Below are positions 21,773 to 30,950 of a stretch of 64,000 nucleotides of DNA, in pieces. The position numbers and the translations under genes are program-made. The notes below the pieces were generated by a model. The model worked only from the letters and a program-made list of their open reading frames with translations, had not been told where the DNA came from and searched no databases. Numbering within the stretch: the first letter of the stretch is position 1; each line of letters starts with the position of its first letter. The DNA is from Steroidobacteraceae bacterium (GTDB lineage: Bacteria; Pseudomonadota; Gammaproteobacteria; Steroidobacterales; Steroidobacteraceae), in NCBI GenBank assembly GCA_035503515.1, contig DATJTJ010000130.1, forward strand, positions 25,547 through 89,546, in the 5' to 3' direction.

Positions 21773-22622
21773 ACCGCTGCGCGTCGTCCAGCATCGCGAA
21801 GCTGTCATCACCGTCGAGACTGATGACCCGCAGCCGGCCTGCAGCGCGCTGCAGCCGGCCGACGTCGGCAGCGCCCTCCTGGTCGGAATCGATGACGATG
21901 ATGGGTGCCTTCACCGCGGGCAGGACCGCGCCGTAGTCCAGGCGGTTCAGGTCCGCCAGTTCGGCGAGGGCCCGGTCCGCGGGCGTGCGGGCCATGAGAT
22001 CCGCTACCCGGCGAACGAGTGCGGGATCGGCCGCGGCATGAAACAGCGTACCGCTGACGAAACTGCGCACGGTACCCGCGAAATCGGCACGGAAGGGCTG
22101 CAGCTCGCGATCCAGCCTGGACGGCGACGGCGCACTCAACCCCAGGGTGCGGAAGGTCTCGACGCCGATGATGCCCAGGAGGCGGGCGCCGATCAGGGGC
22201 GCGCTCTGCAGCGCCACCGGTCCGCCCAGGCCGTCGCCGACCAGGACGATGCGGGCATTCGGCAGCTGCGCGACGACGGCAGCCACGTCCTCGGCAAAAT
22301 GCGGCAGTGTCCACGCCTGGCGTTCCGCGCCCGAGGCGCCCTGACCGGCCAGATCCAGCGTAATGACGCTGTAGAGCGGCGTCAGTGCCGGCAGCTGCGC
22401 GCGCCAGATGCTCGAATCGGCCGCCCAGCCATGGATCAGCACGACGGCCGTCGGACCGCGTCCGTACCGGTGCCAGGCGATCCGCACGCCATCGGCGGAC
22501 GGCGTGAACCGGGTGGCGGCGACGGGTGCGCTCGCCGGCGCCTGCGGGGGCTGGTGGCGCGATCCGCAGGCCGTGAGCACGGCCAGCGCGGCGCCGAGGA
22601 ACACGCGTCCGGAAGATGTCAC
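21726..22622 (-). CDS. Alpha/beta-hydrolase-fold lipoprotein, predicted catalytically inactive
   Basis: Lipobox LAVLTAC. HGW oxyanion region VVLIHGWAADS. The nucleophile elbow reads VGDGLGG instead of GxSxG. The His position reads GDDSFAML. Confidence 0.7.
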   Translation of the reverse strand: MTSSGRVFLGAALAVLTACGSRHQPPQAPASAPVAATRFTPSADGVRIAWHRYGRGPTAVVLIHGWAADSSIWRAQLPALTPLYSVITLDLAGQGASGAERQAWTLPHFAEDVAAVVAQLPNARIVLVGDGLGGPVALQSAPLIGARLLGIIGVETFRTLGLSAPSPSRLDRELQPFRADFAGTVRSFVSGTLFHAAADPALVRRVADLMARTPADRALAELADLNRLDYGAVLPAVKAPIIVIDSDQEGAADVGRLQRAAGRLRVISLDGDDSFAMLDDAQRFNATLLQALASLAVR

Positions 22623-22632
22623 CGCCGGGCTC

Positions 22633-24066
22633 TCAGCCGGTCCTGAGGACTTTGCCGGGGTTCATGATGCCGTTGGGGTCGAAGGCGCGCTTGATGGCGC
22701 GCATCAGATCCAGCTCGACCGGTGGGGCGTAGCGCTCCAGCTCCCCGACCTTCAGCTGCCCGATGCCGTGCTCGGCACTGAAGCTGCCACCGTACTCGCG
22801 CACCAGGTCATGGATGACCCGTTGCACATCGGCGGACCGCGCCAGGAACTGTTCCGGCGTGTACAGCGGATCCTGGTTCAGATTGAAGTGCAGGTTGCCG
22901 TCGCCGACATGACCGTAGGCGATGAGCCGCCCCTCCGGCACGTGTGCCGAAAGCCAGCCGGCCGCCTGGGTCACGAACTGCGGCAGGGCCGCGACCGGCA
23001 CGGAGATGTCATGCTTGATGCTGGCGCCATCCAGGCGCTGCGCCCGCGGGATGTTCTCGCGCAGGAACCAGAAGCTTTGCGCCTCGCGCCCGCTTTGCGC
23101 GATGACGGCATCGCGTACCAGACCGGCTTCGTGTGCGCCGGCGAGGACTTCCTCGAGAACGGCATCCAGCGCTTCGCCGGCGCGCGGCGAGGTCAGCTCG
23201 CACAGCACGTACCAGTCGTACTGCCCCGGTAGCGGATCCACGGCGGGCGTGACGTGCCGCACCGTCAGGTCCACCGCCAGCCGCGGAATCAGCTCAAACG
23301 AGCTGACCCGATCCCCGCTGTGGGTGCGCAGCCGGCTGAGCAGCTCCACCGCCGCTCGGACGTCCGCCACTGCCACGAATGCCGTGGCGCTACTGCGCAC
23401 CGCGGGAAACAGCTTCAGGGTGGCCGCCGTGATGATGCCGAGCGTGCCTTCGGCCCCGAGGAACAGGGATTTCACGTCGTAGCCGGTATTGTCCTTGCGC
23501 AGGCTCGTCAGGCTGTCGAGCATCCGCCCGTCCGGCAAGACCACCTCCAGCCCCAGCACCAGCTCGCGCATCATGCCGTAGCGCAGGACATTGGTGCCGC
23601 CGGCGTTCGTCGACAGATTGCCGCCGATCTGGCAGCTGCCCTCGGAACCCAGGCTCAGGGGAAAGAAACGCTCGGCCTGCGCCGCGGCCCGCTGCACCTC
23701 GGCCAGCACGCAGCCGGCTTCGCAGGTCAGGGAGTAGTTCAGGGGATCGACGCTGCGCACCCTGTTCAGCCGCGCCAGCGAGACGATCACCTGGTGTCCC
23801 GACGGATCGGGCGTGGCCCCGCCGCAATACGAGGTATTGCCCCCCTGGGGTACGACGCCGATGCGGTGGGCGTTGCAGAAGGCGAGGGTGGCGGCGACCT
23901 GCTCGACCGAGCGCGGCAGGATCAGTGCGGCGGCGTTGCCGTGGTACAGGCCGCGATGGTCGACGAGCCGGGGGCCGAGATCGCCGGGCGCGGTGCGAAC
24001 GCAGTCGGCGCCGAGAAGGAGGGTAAGTTGCGCGACCGCCTGGCCGCTAGCAGCCGGCTGCCTCAC
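22633..24066 (-). CDS. FAD-linked oxidase (GlcD / D-2-hydroxyacid dehydrogenase family)
   Basis: 477 aa. FAD-binding PCMH region VVPQGGNTSYCGGA. C-terminal AEHGIGQLK...DPNGIMNPGK. Confidence 0.85.
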   Translation of the reverse strand: MRQPAASGQAVAQLTLLLGADCVRTAPGDLGPRLVDHRGLYHGNAAALILPRSVEQVAATLAFCNAHRIGVVPQGGNTSYCGGATPDPSGHQVIVSLARLNRVRSVDPLNYSLTCEAGCVLAEVQRAAAQAERFFPLSLGSEGSCQIGGNLSTNAGGTNVLRYGMMRELVLGLEVVLPDGRMLDSLTSLRKDNTGYDVKSLFLGAEGTLGIITAATLKLFPAVRSSATAFVAVADVRAAVELLSRLRTHSGDRVSSFELIPRLAVDLTVRHVTPAVDPLPGQYDWYVLCELTSPRAGEALDAVLEEVLAGAHEAGLVRDAVIAQSGREAQSFWFLRENIPRAQRLDGASIKHDISVPVAALPQFVTQAAGWLSAHVPEGRLIAYGHVGDGNLHFNLNQDPLYTPEQFLARSADVQRVIHDLVREYGGSFSAEHGIGQLKVGELERYAPPVELDLMRAIKRAFDPNGIMNPGKVLRTG

Positions 24067-24383
24067 TCGTCCTCGTCTTCATCCTCATCCCAATCGTCAT
24101 CCTCGTCTTCGTCCTCGTCCCAGTCGTCGTCCTCGTCCTCTTCGTCTTCCTCGTCCTCGTCCTCATCCTCGTCTTCGTCGGACTCGGACCAGCCTTCCGG
24201 TGCCGTGGTCTTCTCCAGGTCCATTTCATGCCAGGCTTCGATGTCGATCTCCTCGATGTCCCCATCGACATACTCGATCTCGACGAGTTCGGAGTCTTCG
24301 TCCACCGACAGCACGCGGAAGGACTCCTCTTCTTCCACGTTCTCGTACCACTGGCCGGCCGCCGGTTCGTAATCTCTGCTCAC
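24063..24383 (-). CDS. Hyperacidic small protein (DUF6763-like?), function unknown
   Basis: 106 aa, of which 60 are Asp/Glu by my count. N-terminal GQWYEN...FRVLSVDEDSELVEIEYVDGDIEEIDIEAWHEM fold-like part. The tail is DE repeats punctuated by Trp. 4-nt overlap with the FAD oxidase gene. Confidence 0.65.
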   Translation of the reverse strand: MSRDYEPAAGQWYENVEEEESFRVLSVDEDSELVEIEYVDGDIEEIDIEAWHEMDLEKTTAPEGWSESDEDEDEDEDEEDEEDEDDDWDEDEDEDDDWDEDEDEDE

Positions 24384-24506
24384 CGTTTGGTCCTCGAGGG
24401 CTCAACTGTTGAAGGCGGGCGCCAGTTTAAGGGGGGATTGTTGCAGGTGGCAACGATCACCGGCACCGATTCGCCGGCCCGCCGCCGATCCCGTATAGTT
24501 TTTACC

Positions 24507-25667
24507 ATGAGCACCGCCGTTCAGACTCTCGCGTCGCCATTGCTTTCGGCACGGCGCATCGTCGTCAAGGTCGGGTCCGCCCTGCTGGTGCAGCAGGACA
24601 CCGGCCAGCTGCACCGCGAGTGGCTGACCGGACTGATCCAGGATCTGATGCGCCTGCGCGCACGCGGCCAGCAGGTCATCCTGGTGTCCTCGGGGGCCAT
24701 TGCACTGGGCCGACGTGAGCTGGGGCTTGCCCCGGGGCCGCTGCGGCTGGATGAGAGCCAGGCGGCGGCCGCCGTGGGCCAGATCCGACTGGCCCATGCC
24801 TACAAGGAACTGCTGGGCGAGCATGGGGTGACGGTGGCACAGGTGCTGTTGACGCTGGAGGACAGCGAGCAGCGACGCCGGTACCTCAATGCCCGGGCCA
24901 CTCTGGAGTCCCTGCTGGCGTTGGGGGCGCTGCCGGTGATCAATGAAAACGACACCGTCGCCACCGCCGAGATCCGCTATGGCGACAACGACCGGCTCGG
25001 CGCCCGCGTGGCGCAGATGGCCGGCGCCGACTGCCTGGTGCTGCTCTCGGATGTCGAGGGCCTCTTCAGTGCCGATCCGAACCGCCATTCCGACGCGCGC
25101 TTCATCGAGAGGGTCACGGCGCTGACGCCGGAAATCGAGGCCATGGCCGGCCGGTCCGCCTCCGCCGTGGGCTCCGGTGGCATGACGACGAAGCTCCTGG
25201 CCGCCCGGATCGCCGTCGCCGCGGGGTGTCATATGTGCATTGCGGCGGGCCACCATGCCCACCCCGTCCGTCGGCTCGAGGAGGGGGCGCGCTGTACCTG
25301 GTTCGTCCCCAGCGATACGCCGGTGGCGGCACGCAAGCAGTGGATCGCGGGAACGCTGCGCCCGGCCGGAGCCCTGGGCGTCGATGCCGGCGCGCTCAAG
25401 GCGCTCAGTGCCGGCAAGAGCCTGCTGCCCGCCGGCGTGGTGCGGCTGACGGGACGCTTCGACCGAGGGGATACCGTCAGCATCCTGGCCCCCGACGGCA
25501 CCGAGGTGGCGCGCGGCATCAGTGCCTACTCGGACAGCGACGTGACCCGCATCATGGGTCGCAGATCGGCCGAAATCGAAGGCATTCTGGGCTACCGCAG
25601 CGGCGATGCGCTGGTGCACCGGGACGATCTGGTGATGCTGCGCAAGGAGATGGCATGTCTGACCTGA
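24507..25667 (+). CDS. proB: Glutamate 5-kinase
   Basis: Start MSTAVQT, residue 94 of track ORF 24228..25667. [11 protein letters not shown] and [10 protein letters not shown]-terminal PUA region. Confidence 0.92.
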   Translation: MSTAVQTLASPLLSARRIVVKVGSALLVQQDTGQLHREWLTGLIQDLMRLRARGQQVILVSSGAIALGRRELGLAPGPLRLDESQAAAAVGQIRLAHAYKELLGEHGVTVAQVLLTLEDSEQRRRYLNARATLESLLALGALPVINENDTVATAEIRYGDNDRLGARVAQMAGADCLVLLSDVEGLFSADPNRHSDARFIERVTALTPEIEAMAGRSASAVGSGGMTTKLLAARIAVAAGCHMCIAAGHHAHPVRRLEEGARCTWFVPSDTPVAARKQWIAGTLRPAGALGVDAGALKALSAGKSLLPAGVVRLTGRFDRGDTVSILAPDGTEVARGISAYSDSDVTRIMGRRSAEIEGILGYRSGDALVHRDDLVMLRKEMACLT

Positions 25668-26917
25668 CCGAGCTCATGCGGGCCATGGGCGAGGCGGCGC
25701 TGGCGGCTTCGGATGACCTGGGCCTGGCCGATACCCCCACCAAGAACCGGGCGTTGAGTGGCGCGGCTGATGCGATCCGCGCCGGCGGGAAGGAAATCCT
25801 GGCGGCCAATGCCGAGGATCTCGGCCGGGCGCGGGAGCGGCAGCTGTCAGCCGCACTGCTGGACCGGCTGCAGCTCAACGAGAAGCGGGTGGAAGCCATG
25901 GCCAAAGGCCTGGAGGACATCGTTGCTCTCGAGGATCCCATCGGCACCGTGGCCGCCCACTGGACGCGACCGAATGGCCTGGACATTTCCCGGGTGCGGG
26001 TGCCGCTGGGCGTGATCGGCATCATCTACGAGAGCCGGCCCAACGTCACCGCGGACGCGGGGGCACTGTGCCTGAAGTCGGGCAATGCCGTGATCCTGCG
26101 GGGCGGCTCGGAGAGCGAACGGTCCAACCGCGCGATCCATGCGTGCCTGCAGGCGGGGCTGAAGGCCGCGGGGCTGCCCCCGTCCTGCATCCAGCTGGTG
26201 CCGACCACGGACCGCGCCGCCGTGGGCCTCATGCTCTCGGGCATGACCGACTACATCGACGTGATCGTGCCGCGCGGCGGCCGGAGCCTGGTCGCCCGCG
26301 TGCAGCAGGAAGCGCGCGTGCCGGTCATCGGACATCTCGAAGGCAACTGTCATGTGTACGTGGACCGGGACGCCGACCTTGCGATGGCGCGGGCCATCGT
26401 CCTCAACGCCAAGTTGCGCCGGACCGGCATCTGCGGCGCCGCCGAGACGCTGCTGGTGGACCGGGCCGGTGTCGCGACCCATCTCACCCCCCTGGTCCAG
26501 GATCTGCTCGCGGCCGGCTGCGAAGTGCGCGGGGACGGAGCGGTCCAGGAGGTCGATCGCCGGGTGCGGCCGGCGACCGAAGAGGACTGGTACACCGAGT
26601 ACCTCGACGCCATCATTGCGGTGCGGGTGGTCGACGGCGTCGAGGCGGCGGTGGCCCACATCGCACGCTACGGCTCGGCGCACACCGAGTCCATCGTCAC
26701 GGGCAACGCGGCAACCGCGGCCCGCTTCCTGAAGCAGGTGGACAGCGCGATCGTGCTGCACAATGCCTCCACGCAGTTCGCCGATGGCGGTGAATTCGGC
26801 ATGGGTGCCGAGATCGGTATCTCCACCGACCGCTTTCATGCGCGCGGTCCGGTGGGCGTGGAGCAGCTCACCAGCTACAAGTACGTGGTGCGCGGCACCG
26901 GGCAGGTGCGCCCCTAG
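25655..26917 (+). CDS. proA: Gamma-glutamyl phosphate reductase
   Basis: Start MSDLTELM. 13-nt overlap with proB. Motifs [21 protein letters not shown] and [13 protein letters not shown]. Confidence 0.92.
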   Translation: MSDLTELMRAMGEAALAASDDLGLADTPTKNRALSGAADAIRAGGKEILAANAEDLGRARERQLSAALLDRLQLNEKRVEAMAKGLEDIVALEDPIGTVAAHWTRPNGLDISRVRVPLGVIGIIYESRPNVTADAGALCLKSGNAVILRGGSESERSNRAIHACLQAGLKAAGLPPSCIQLVPTTDRAAVGLMLSGMTDYIDVIVPRGGRSLVARVQQEARVPVIGHLEGNCHVYVDRDADLAMARAIVLNAKLRRTGICGAAETLLVDRAGVATHLTPLVQDLLAAGCEVRGDGAVQEVDRRVRPATEEDWYTEYLDAIIAVRVVDGVEAAVAHIARYGSAHTESIVTGNAATAARFLKQVDSAIVLHNASTQFADGGEFGMGAEIGISTDRFHARGPVGVEQLTSYKYVVRGTGQVRP

Positions 26918-26926
26918 TCCCGGCGG

Positions 26927-28537
26927 TCAGGCCGGCTGCGGTTGCTTCGGCAGCGCCGCGACGCCGCCCTGGAGCGAGGCCACCTGCCTGAAGCCGCGAT
27001 CGTGCAGGGTCTGTGCGGCCGCGAGACTGCGGCGGCCCGTGGCGCACACCAGCAGGTACTTTTCATGCGGCGCGAGCGCGGCGTCGGCGCGCAGCAATTG
27101 CTGCATGGGAATGAGGCGCACGTTCGCACCTGGAGCCGGTTCTGCGGCGATCTCGGCCGGCTCGCGGATGTCGACCACGGTATAGCCGGCGGCCTGGGCC
27201 AGCTGCAGCGAAGCGAACCGCACCTGTAGCTGCGCATCCGGACCCGGGATGGCCGGGATCCGGGTGCAGGAACCCGCGGCGCAGGCCCGGGCGCGCCGGG
27301 CCTTCATGCGCGAAACCTGCAGCGTGAGCAGGTCCATCACCAGCAGCTCATCCCCCAGTTGCCCCGGCAGGTCGAGCAGGATCTTCAGGGCCTCCAGGGC
27401 CTGCAGGCTGCCGAATACACCCGGAACGGGTCCCAGGACTCCCGCTTCGGCGCAGTTGCCGACCAGGCCATCGCGGGTGGCCTCGGGCCAGATGCAGCGC
27501 AGGCAGGCGCCCTGCGCATCCGGGCGGATGACCTGCAGCTGGCCTTCGTACTGATAGATGCTCGAGAGAATGGCGGGCTTGCGGGCCGTCACGCACACGT
27601 CATTGATCAGGAACTTGGTGCTGAAGTTGTCGCTGCAGTCGATCACCAGATCCCAGCCGGTGACGATCTCGGCGGCATTGTGTCCCGTGAGACGCAGGCC
27701 GTAGATCTGGACATCCACCTCGGGATTGAGCGCCCGCAGCCGATCGGCCGCCAGTTGCGCCTTGGGCTGGCCCACGGAACCGAAACTGTACAGCGGCTGG
27801 CGGTGCAGGTTGGAGGCCTCGAGCCGGTCGCCGTCGACGATGCCGATGCGTCCGACCCCGGCACCGGCGAGGTAGCTGAGCACCGGGACACCCAGTCCGC
27901 CCGCACCGACGACCAGCACCCGCGCGGCACGCAGCCGGGCCTGGCCGGCGGCACCCACTTCCTTCAATGCCTGCTGACGCGAGTAATCGGCCGTCGGGCG
28001 CACCGCACCGGCCGTGGGCAACGTGGGTTCATGATCGTGCCGGTGATCGTGGTGATGATCATGTCCCTGGTGAGGAGCGTGCTCGTGCACGACGGCCGCG
28101 CAGCGCTCGCAGTTCACCCAGCCCGAGTCGCCATCGACGTAGTGTTCCTTCTTCCAGATGGGGACCCGATGCTTCACCTCATCTATGATGTAGCGGCAGG
28201 CAAGGAAGGCTTCCTGCCGATGACGCGCGCTCACCCCGACCCACACGGCCATCTCACCGAGTGCCAGATCGCCCACGCGGTGGACGCAGGCCGCATGTTC
28301 GACGCCGAAGCGCTCCACGGCCTCGGCCAGAATGCGTTCGCCTTCCTTGGCTGCCAGCAGTTCGAAGGCCTCGTATTCCAGGTGCCGCACCTGCCGGCCT
28401 TCGTTGTGGTCCCGCACCCAGCCCTCGAAGGCGGCGTAGCCGCCGCAGGCGGGATCGAGCACCCGGCGGCGTTCGGCCTCGGTGTCGATGGCAGTACGGG
28501 CGAAGCCGAAGAACCTCATGGACCTGGATGACGCCAT
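26927..28537 (-). CDS. Tri-domain fusion: MoaE (molybdopterin synthase large subunit), MoeB/ThiF adenylyltransferase and rhodanese
   Basis: MoaE part: AFEGWVRDHNEGRQV...VPIWKKEHY. His-rich linker HEHAPHQGHDHHHDHRHDHE. ThiF part: VLVVGAGGLGVPVLSYLAGAGVGRIGIVDGD...NCAEAGVLG. Rhodanese loop LLVCATGRRS. The start ATG overlaps the upstream stop (TGATG). Confidence 0.8.
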   Translation of the reverse strand: MASSRSMRFFGFARTAIDTEAERRRVLDPACGGYAAFEGWVRDHNEGRQVRHLEYEAFELLAAKEGERILAEAVERFGVEHAACVHRVGDLALGEMAVWVGVSARHRQEAFLACRYIIDEVKHRVPIWKKEHYVDGDSGWVNCERCAAVVHEHAPHQGHDHHHDHRHDHEPTLPTAGAVRPTADYSRQQALKEVGAAGQARLRAARVLVVGAGGLGVPVLSYLAGAGVGRIGIVDGDRLEASNLHRQPLYSFGSVGQPKAQLAADRLRALNPEVDVQIYGLRLTGHNAAEIVTGWDLVIDCSDNFSTKFLINDVCVTARKPAILSSIYQYEGQLQVIRPDAQGACLRCIWPEATRDGLVGNCAEAGVLGPVPGVFGSLQALEALKILLDLPGQLGDELLVMDLLTLQVSRMKARRARACAAGSCTRIPAIPGPDAQLQVRFASLQLAQAAGYTVVDIREPAEIAAEPAPGANVRLIPMQQLLRADAALAPHEKYLLVCATGRRSLAAAQTLHDRGFRQVASLQGGVAALPKQPQPA

Positions 28538-29379
28538 CAGCCGCCCGCCACCGGCGGAATGAACACCACGGCATCGCCTTCGGCCAGAGGCTGCGACCAG
28601 TCGCTGAATTCGGCGTTGATGGCCACCCGCAGGCTCTCGGCGCCCAGTGAGAACGGGTGGCGGCGCTGCAGCTCGGAATACAGGTCGCGCGGCGTGCGCG
28701 CCGCGGTGGCGACCGTTTCCTCGCTGCGCCCGGCCTGCTCGCGCAGGATGGCGTAATACTGAACCTTGATCTGCATCGGATCCCGTCCTTGCATCGAGAG
28801 CAGGGTATCGCCGGCGGCCCGATACTCCGCAGGGGTGTTGATGTTGTCGAGCGCCTGCGGATGCGGCTGCTCCAGCAGCAGCGGATCGGACCGGATCAGG
28901 AACTTGCGCGGACAGGTCTTGCCCGCGCCGATCCAGGCGAGCACGGCCGCCGCGCTGGCAGGCTCGAAGATGGCGCACAGGGGCTCGGGCAGACCGTCAT
29001 GGGCGGAGCGGTAGGCGGTCGCGATCCGCGCCGGGTCGCGGTGCGCCAGCAGATGCCCGAGCGTGCCGGCATCCAGGTGCGGCAGGTCGCAGGCGAGCAC
29101 CAGCCAGGCGGCATCGGGATGCAGCGCCTGCGCAGCCGCGATCCCCGCGATGGGTCCCAATCCCTCGTGGGTATCGAGGATCTGTGGGTAGCGGGCCCGC
29201 GCGGCATCCTCGCGCTGGTCGGACCGCACGGACACGAATGCCCGTGCCACGCACGGCTGGATCAGGTCCATGGCCCGGTCGAGCTGGTAGCGGCCCTGGT
29301 AAGGCAGCGTCGCCTTGTCGCGCTGCATGCGCGTGCTTCGGCCCCCGGCCAGGACCAGACCGTAGAGAGGGGGAGTCAT
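28537..29379 (-). CDS. MobA (Moco guanylyltransferase) fused in frame to MoaD (sulfur-carrier subunit)
   Basis: N-terminus LVLAGGRSTRMQRDKATL...LGPIAGI...LACDLP. The last 79 aa read MQIKVQYYAILREQAG...VFIPPVAGG and end in Gly-Gly-stop. No stop codon lies between the two parts. Confidence 0.75.
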   Translation of the reverse strand: MTPPLYGLVLAGGRSTRMQRDKATLPYQGRYQLDRAMDLIQPCVARAFVSVRSDQREDAARARYPQILDTHEGLGPIAGIAAAQALHPDAAWLVLACDLPHLDAGTLGHLLAHRDPARIATAYRSAHDGLPEPLCAIFEPASAAAVLAWIGAGKTCPRKFLIRSDPLLLEQPHPQALDNINTPAEYRAAGDTLLSMQGRDPMQIKVQYYAILREQAGRSEETVATAARTPRDLYSELQRRHPFSLGAESLRVAINAEFSDWSQPLAEGDAVVFIPPVAGG

Positions 29380-29388
29380 GACGACATT

Positions 29389-29895
29389 TTACGGCCGCGA
29401 GGGCCGCCCGGTCGAACGGCGGCTGAAATCGCGTTTGCCGCCGGTCTTGGCCATCAGCCGCACCGCCGTGATCTCGATGTCATGGGAGAGGGCCTTGCAC
29501 ATATCGTAGACGGTCAGGGCGGCGACGGTGGCGCCGGTCATGGCCTCCATCTCCACCCCGGTGCGGTGCTGTACCGAGGCCGTGCAGACGATGCGGATGC
29601 CGCCGGGGGTGGCGCCCACCTCCAGCTTGCAGTTGTCCAGGGACAGGGGATGGCAGAACGGGATCAGCTCCGAGGTGCGCTTGGCGGCCATGACGCCCGC
29701 GATGATGGCGGTATCGAAAATGGGTCCCTTCTTGGTGCGGTGACCCGAGCGTCGCAGGGCCAGCAGCACGCTGCGCGGCAGGCGGATGTGCGCCTCCGCG
29801 GTGGCCGTGCGGCGCGTGATCTCCTTGTCGCCGACGTCGACCATGGTGGGTCGATTGCGGGCGGTGAGGTGCGTCAGTCCCGATGCCATGGTCAA
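29389..29895 (-). CDS. moaC: Cyclic pyranopterin monophosphate synthase
   Basis: LTHLTARNRPTMVDVGDKEITRRTA and TGVEMEAMTGATVAALTVYDMCKA. Confidence 0.92.
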   Translation of the reverse strand: MTMASGLTHLTARNRPTMVDVGDKEITRRTATAEAHIRLPRSVLLALRRSGHRTKKGPIFDTAIIAGVMAAKRTSELIPFCHPLSLDNCKLEVGATPGGIRIVCTASVQHRTGVEMEAMTGATVAALTVYDMCKALSHDIEITAVRLMAKTGGKRDFSRRSTGRPSRP

Positions 29896-30950
29896 CCGCC
29901 GATGTAGTACATCTCGACCTTGGTGTGATCGCCGCTCGCCTGGCGCAGGTTCGCGCGCAGTTCGCTGTAGCGATCCTGGCGGCCCGACCAGATGGCCCGG
30001 ATCATCTCCGCCAGCTCATCGTCGGTGGCGCCGGCGCGCAGTGGATCACGCAGGCTGACGCCCTGCGCCGCGAACAGGCAGGTATAGAGGGCGCCGTCGG
30101 AGGACAGCCGCGCGCGCGAGCAATCGCCGCAGAACGCCTGCGTGACCGAGGAGATGAATCCGACCTCGCCGCGGCCATCCGTGAAACCGTAGCGACGGGC
30201 CACTTCACCGCGGTAGTTGCGCTCCAGGGGTTCGATGGGCCAGCGCGCATTGATCGCCTCGGCCAGTTCCCTGGAAGGCACGACGCGATCCGCTTCCCAG
30301 TGGTTGCGGTTGCCCACGTCCATGTACTCGATGAAACGCACGATCACGCCCGTGCCGCGGAAGCGATCCACGAGATCGAGCGCGGTATGGTCGTTGATGC
30401 CGCGCTGGATGACGGCATTGACCTTGATGGGCATGAGATCGGCGCGCTGCGCGGCCTCGATGCCGGCCAGTACTTCCTCGACGCCGCCGAAGCCGCCGCT
30501 CATGCGGGCGAAGATCTCCGGGTCGAGGCTGTCGAGACTGACGGTAATCCGATTCAGGCCCGCGGCCTTCAATTCGGCCGCATGGCGGGCGAGCAGGATG
30601 CCATTGGTCGTGAGGGCCACATCCTCGATGCCCGCGATGCTCGTGAGATCGCCGATGAGGTCGGCGAGGTTCGCGCGCAGCAGCGGTTCGCCGCCGGTGA
30701 GGCGGATCTTGCGCACGCCCTGGGCGACGAACAGGCGTGCCAGGCGCAGGATCTCCTCGAACGAGAGCCGCTGCGAGGATTTCAGGAACCGGTAGGCGTC
30801 GTGAAACTGCTCGCGCGGCATGCAGTACGGGCAGCGGAAATTGCAGCGGTCCATGACCGAAATGCGCAGATCCCGCAGCGGCCGCTGCAGCCGGTCACGC
30901 GGGCGTGGTGCATTGAGCGGAACGATGATTTCCTTTGCGGTCATGGGCAA
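29892..30950 (-). CDS. moaA: GTP 3',8-cyclase (radical SAM)
   Basis: CNFRCPYCMP cluster motif, a second cluster CGDCSRARLSSDG, and a C-terminal GG. Confidence 0.93.
   Translation of the reverse strand: MPMTAKEIIVPLNAPRPRDRLQRPLRDLRISVMDRCNFRCPYCMPREQFHDAYRFLKSSQRLSFEEILRLARLFVAQGVRKIRLTGGEPLLRANLADLIGDLTSIAGIEDVALTTNGILLARHAAELKAAGLNRITVSLDSLDPEIFARMSGGFGGVEEVLAGIEAAQRADLMPIKVNAVIQRGINDHTALDLVDRFRGTGVIVRFIEYMDVGNRNHWEADRVVPSRELAEAINARWPIEPLERNYRGEVARRYGFTDGRGEVGFISSVTQAFCGDCSRARLSSDGALYTCLFAAQGVSLRDPLRAGATDDELAEMIRAIWSGRQDRYSELRANLRQASGDHTKVEMYYIGG

Noticed and set aside
20240-21811. 523-aa ORF on the minus strand
   Set aside because: It is antisense to tesB and the CpcT-like gene. It has no motifs and a biased Arg/Pro/Gln composition.
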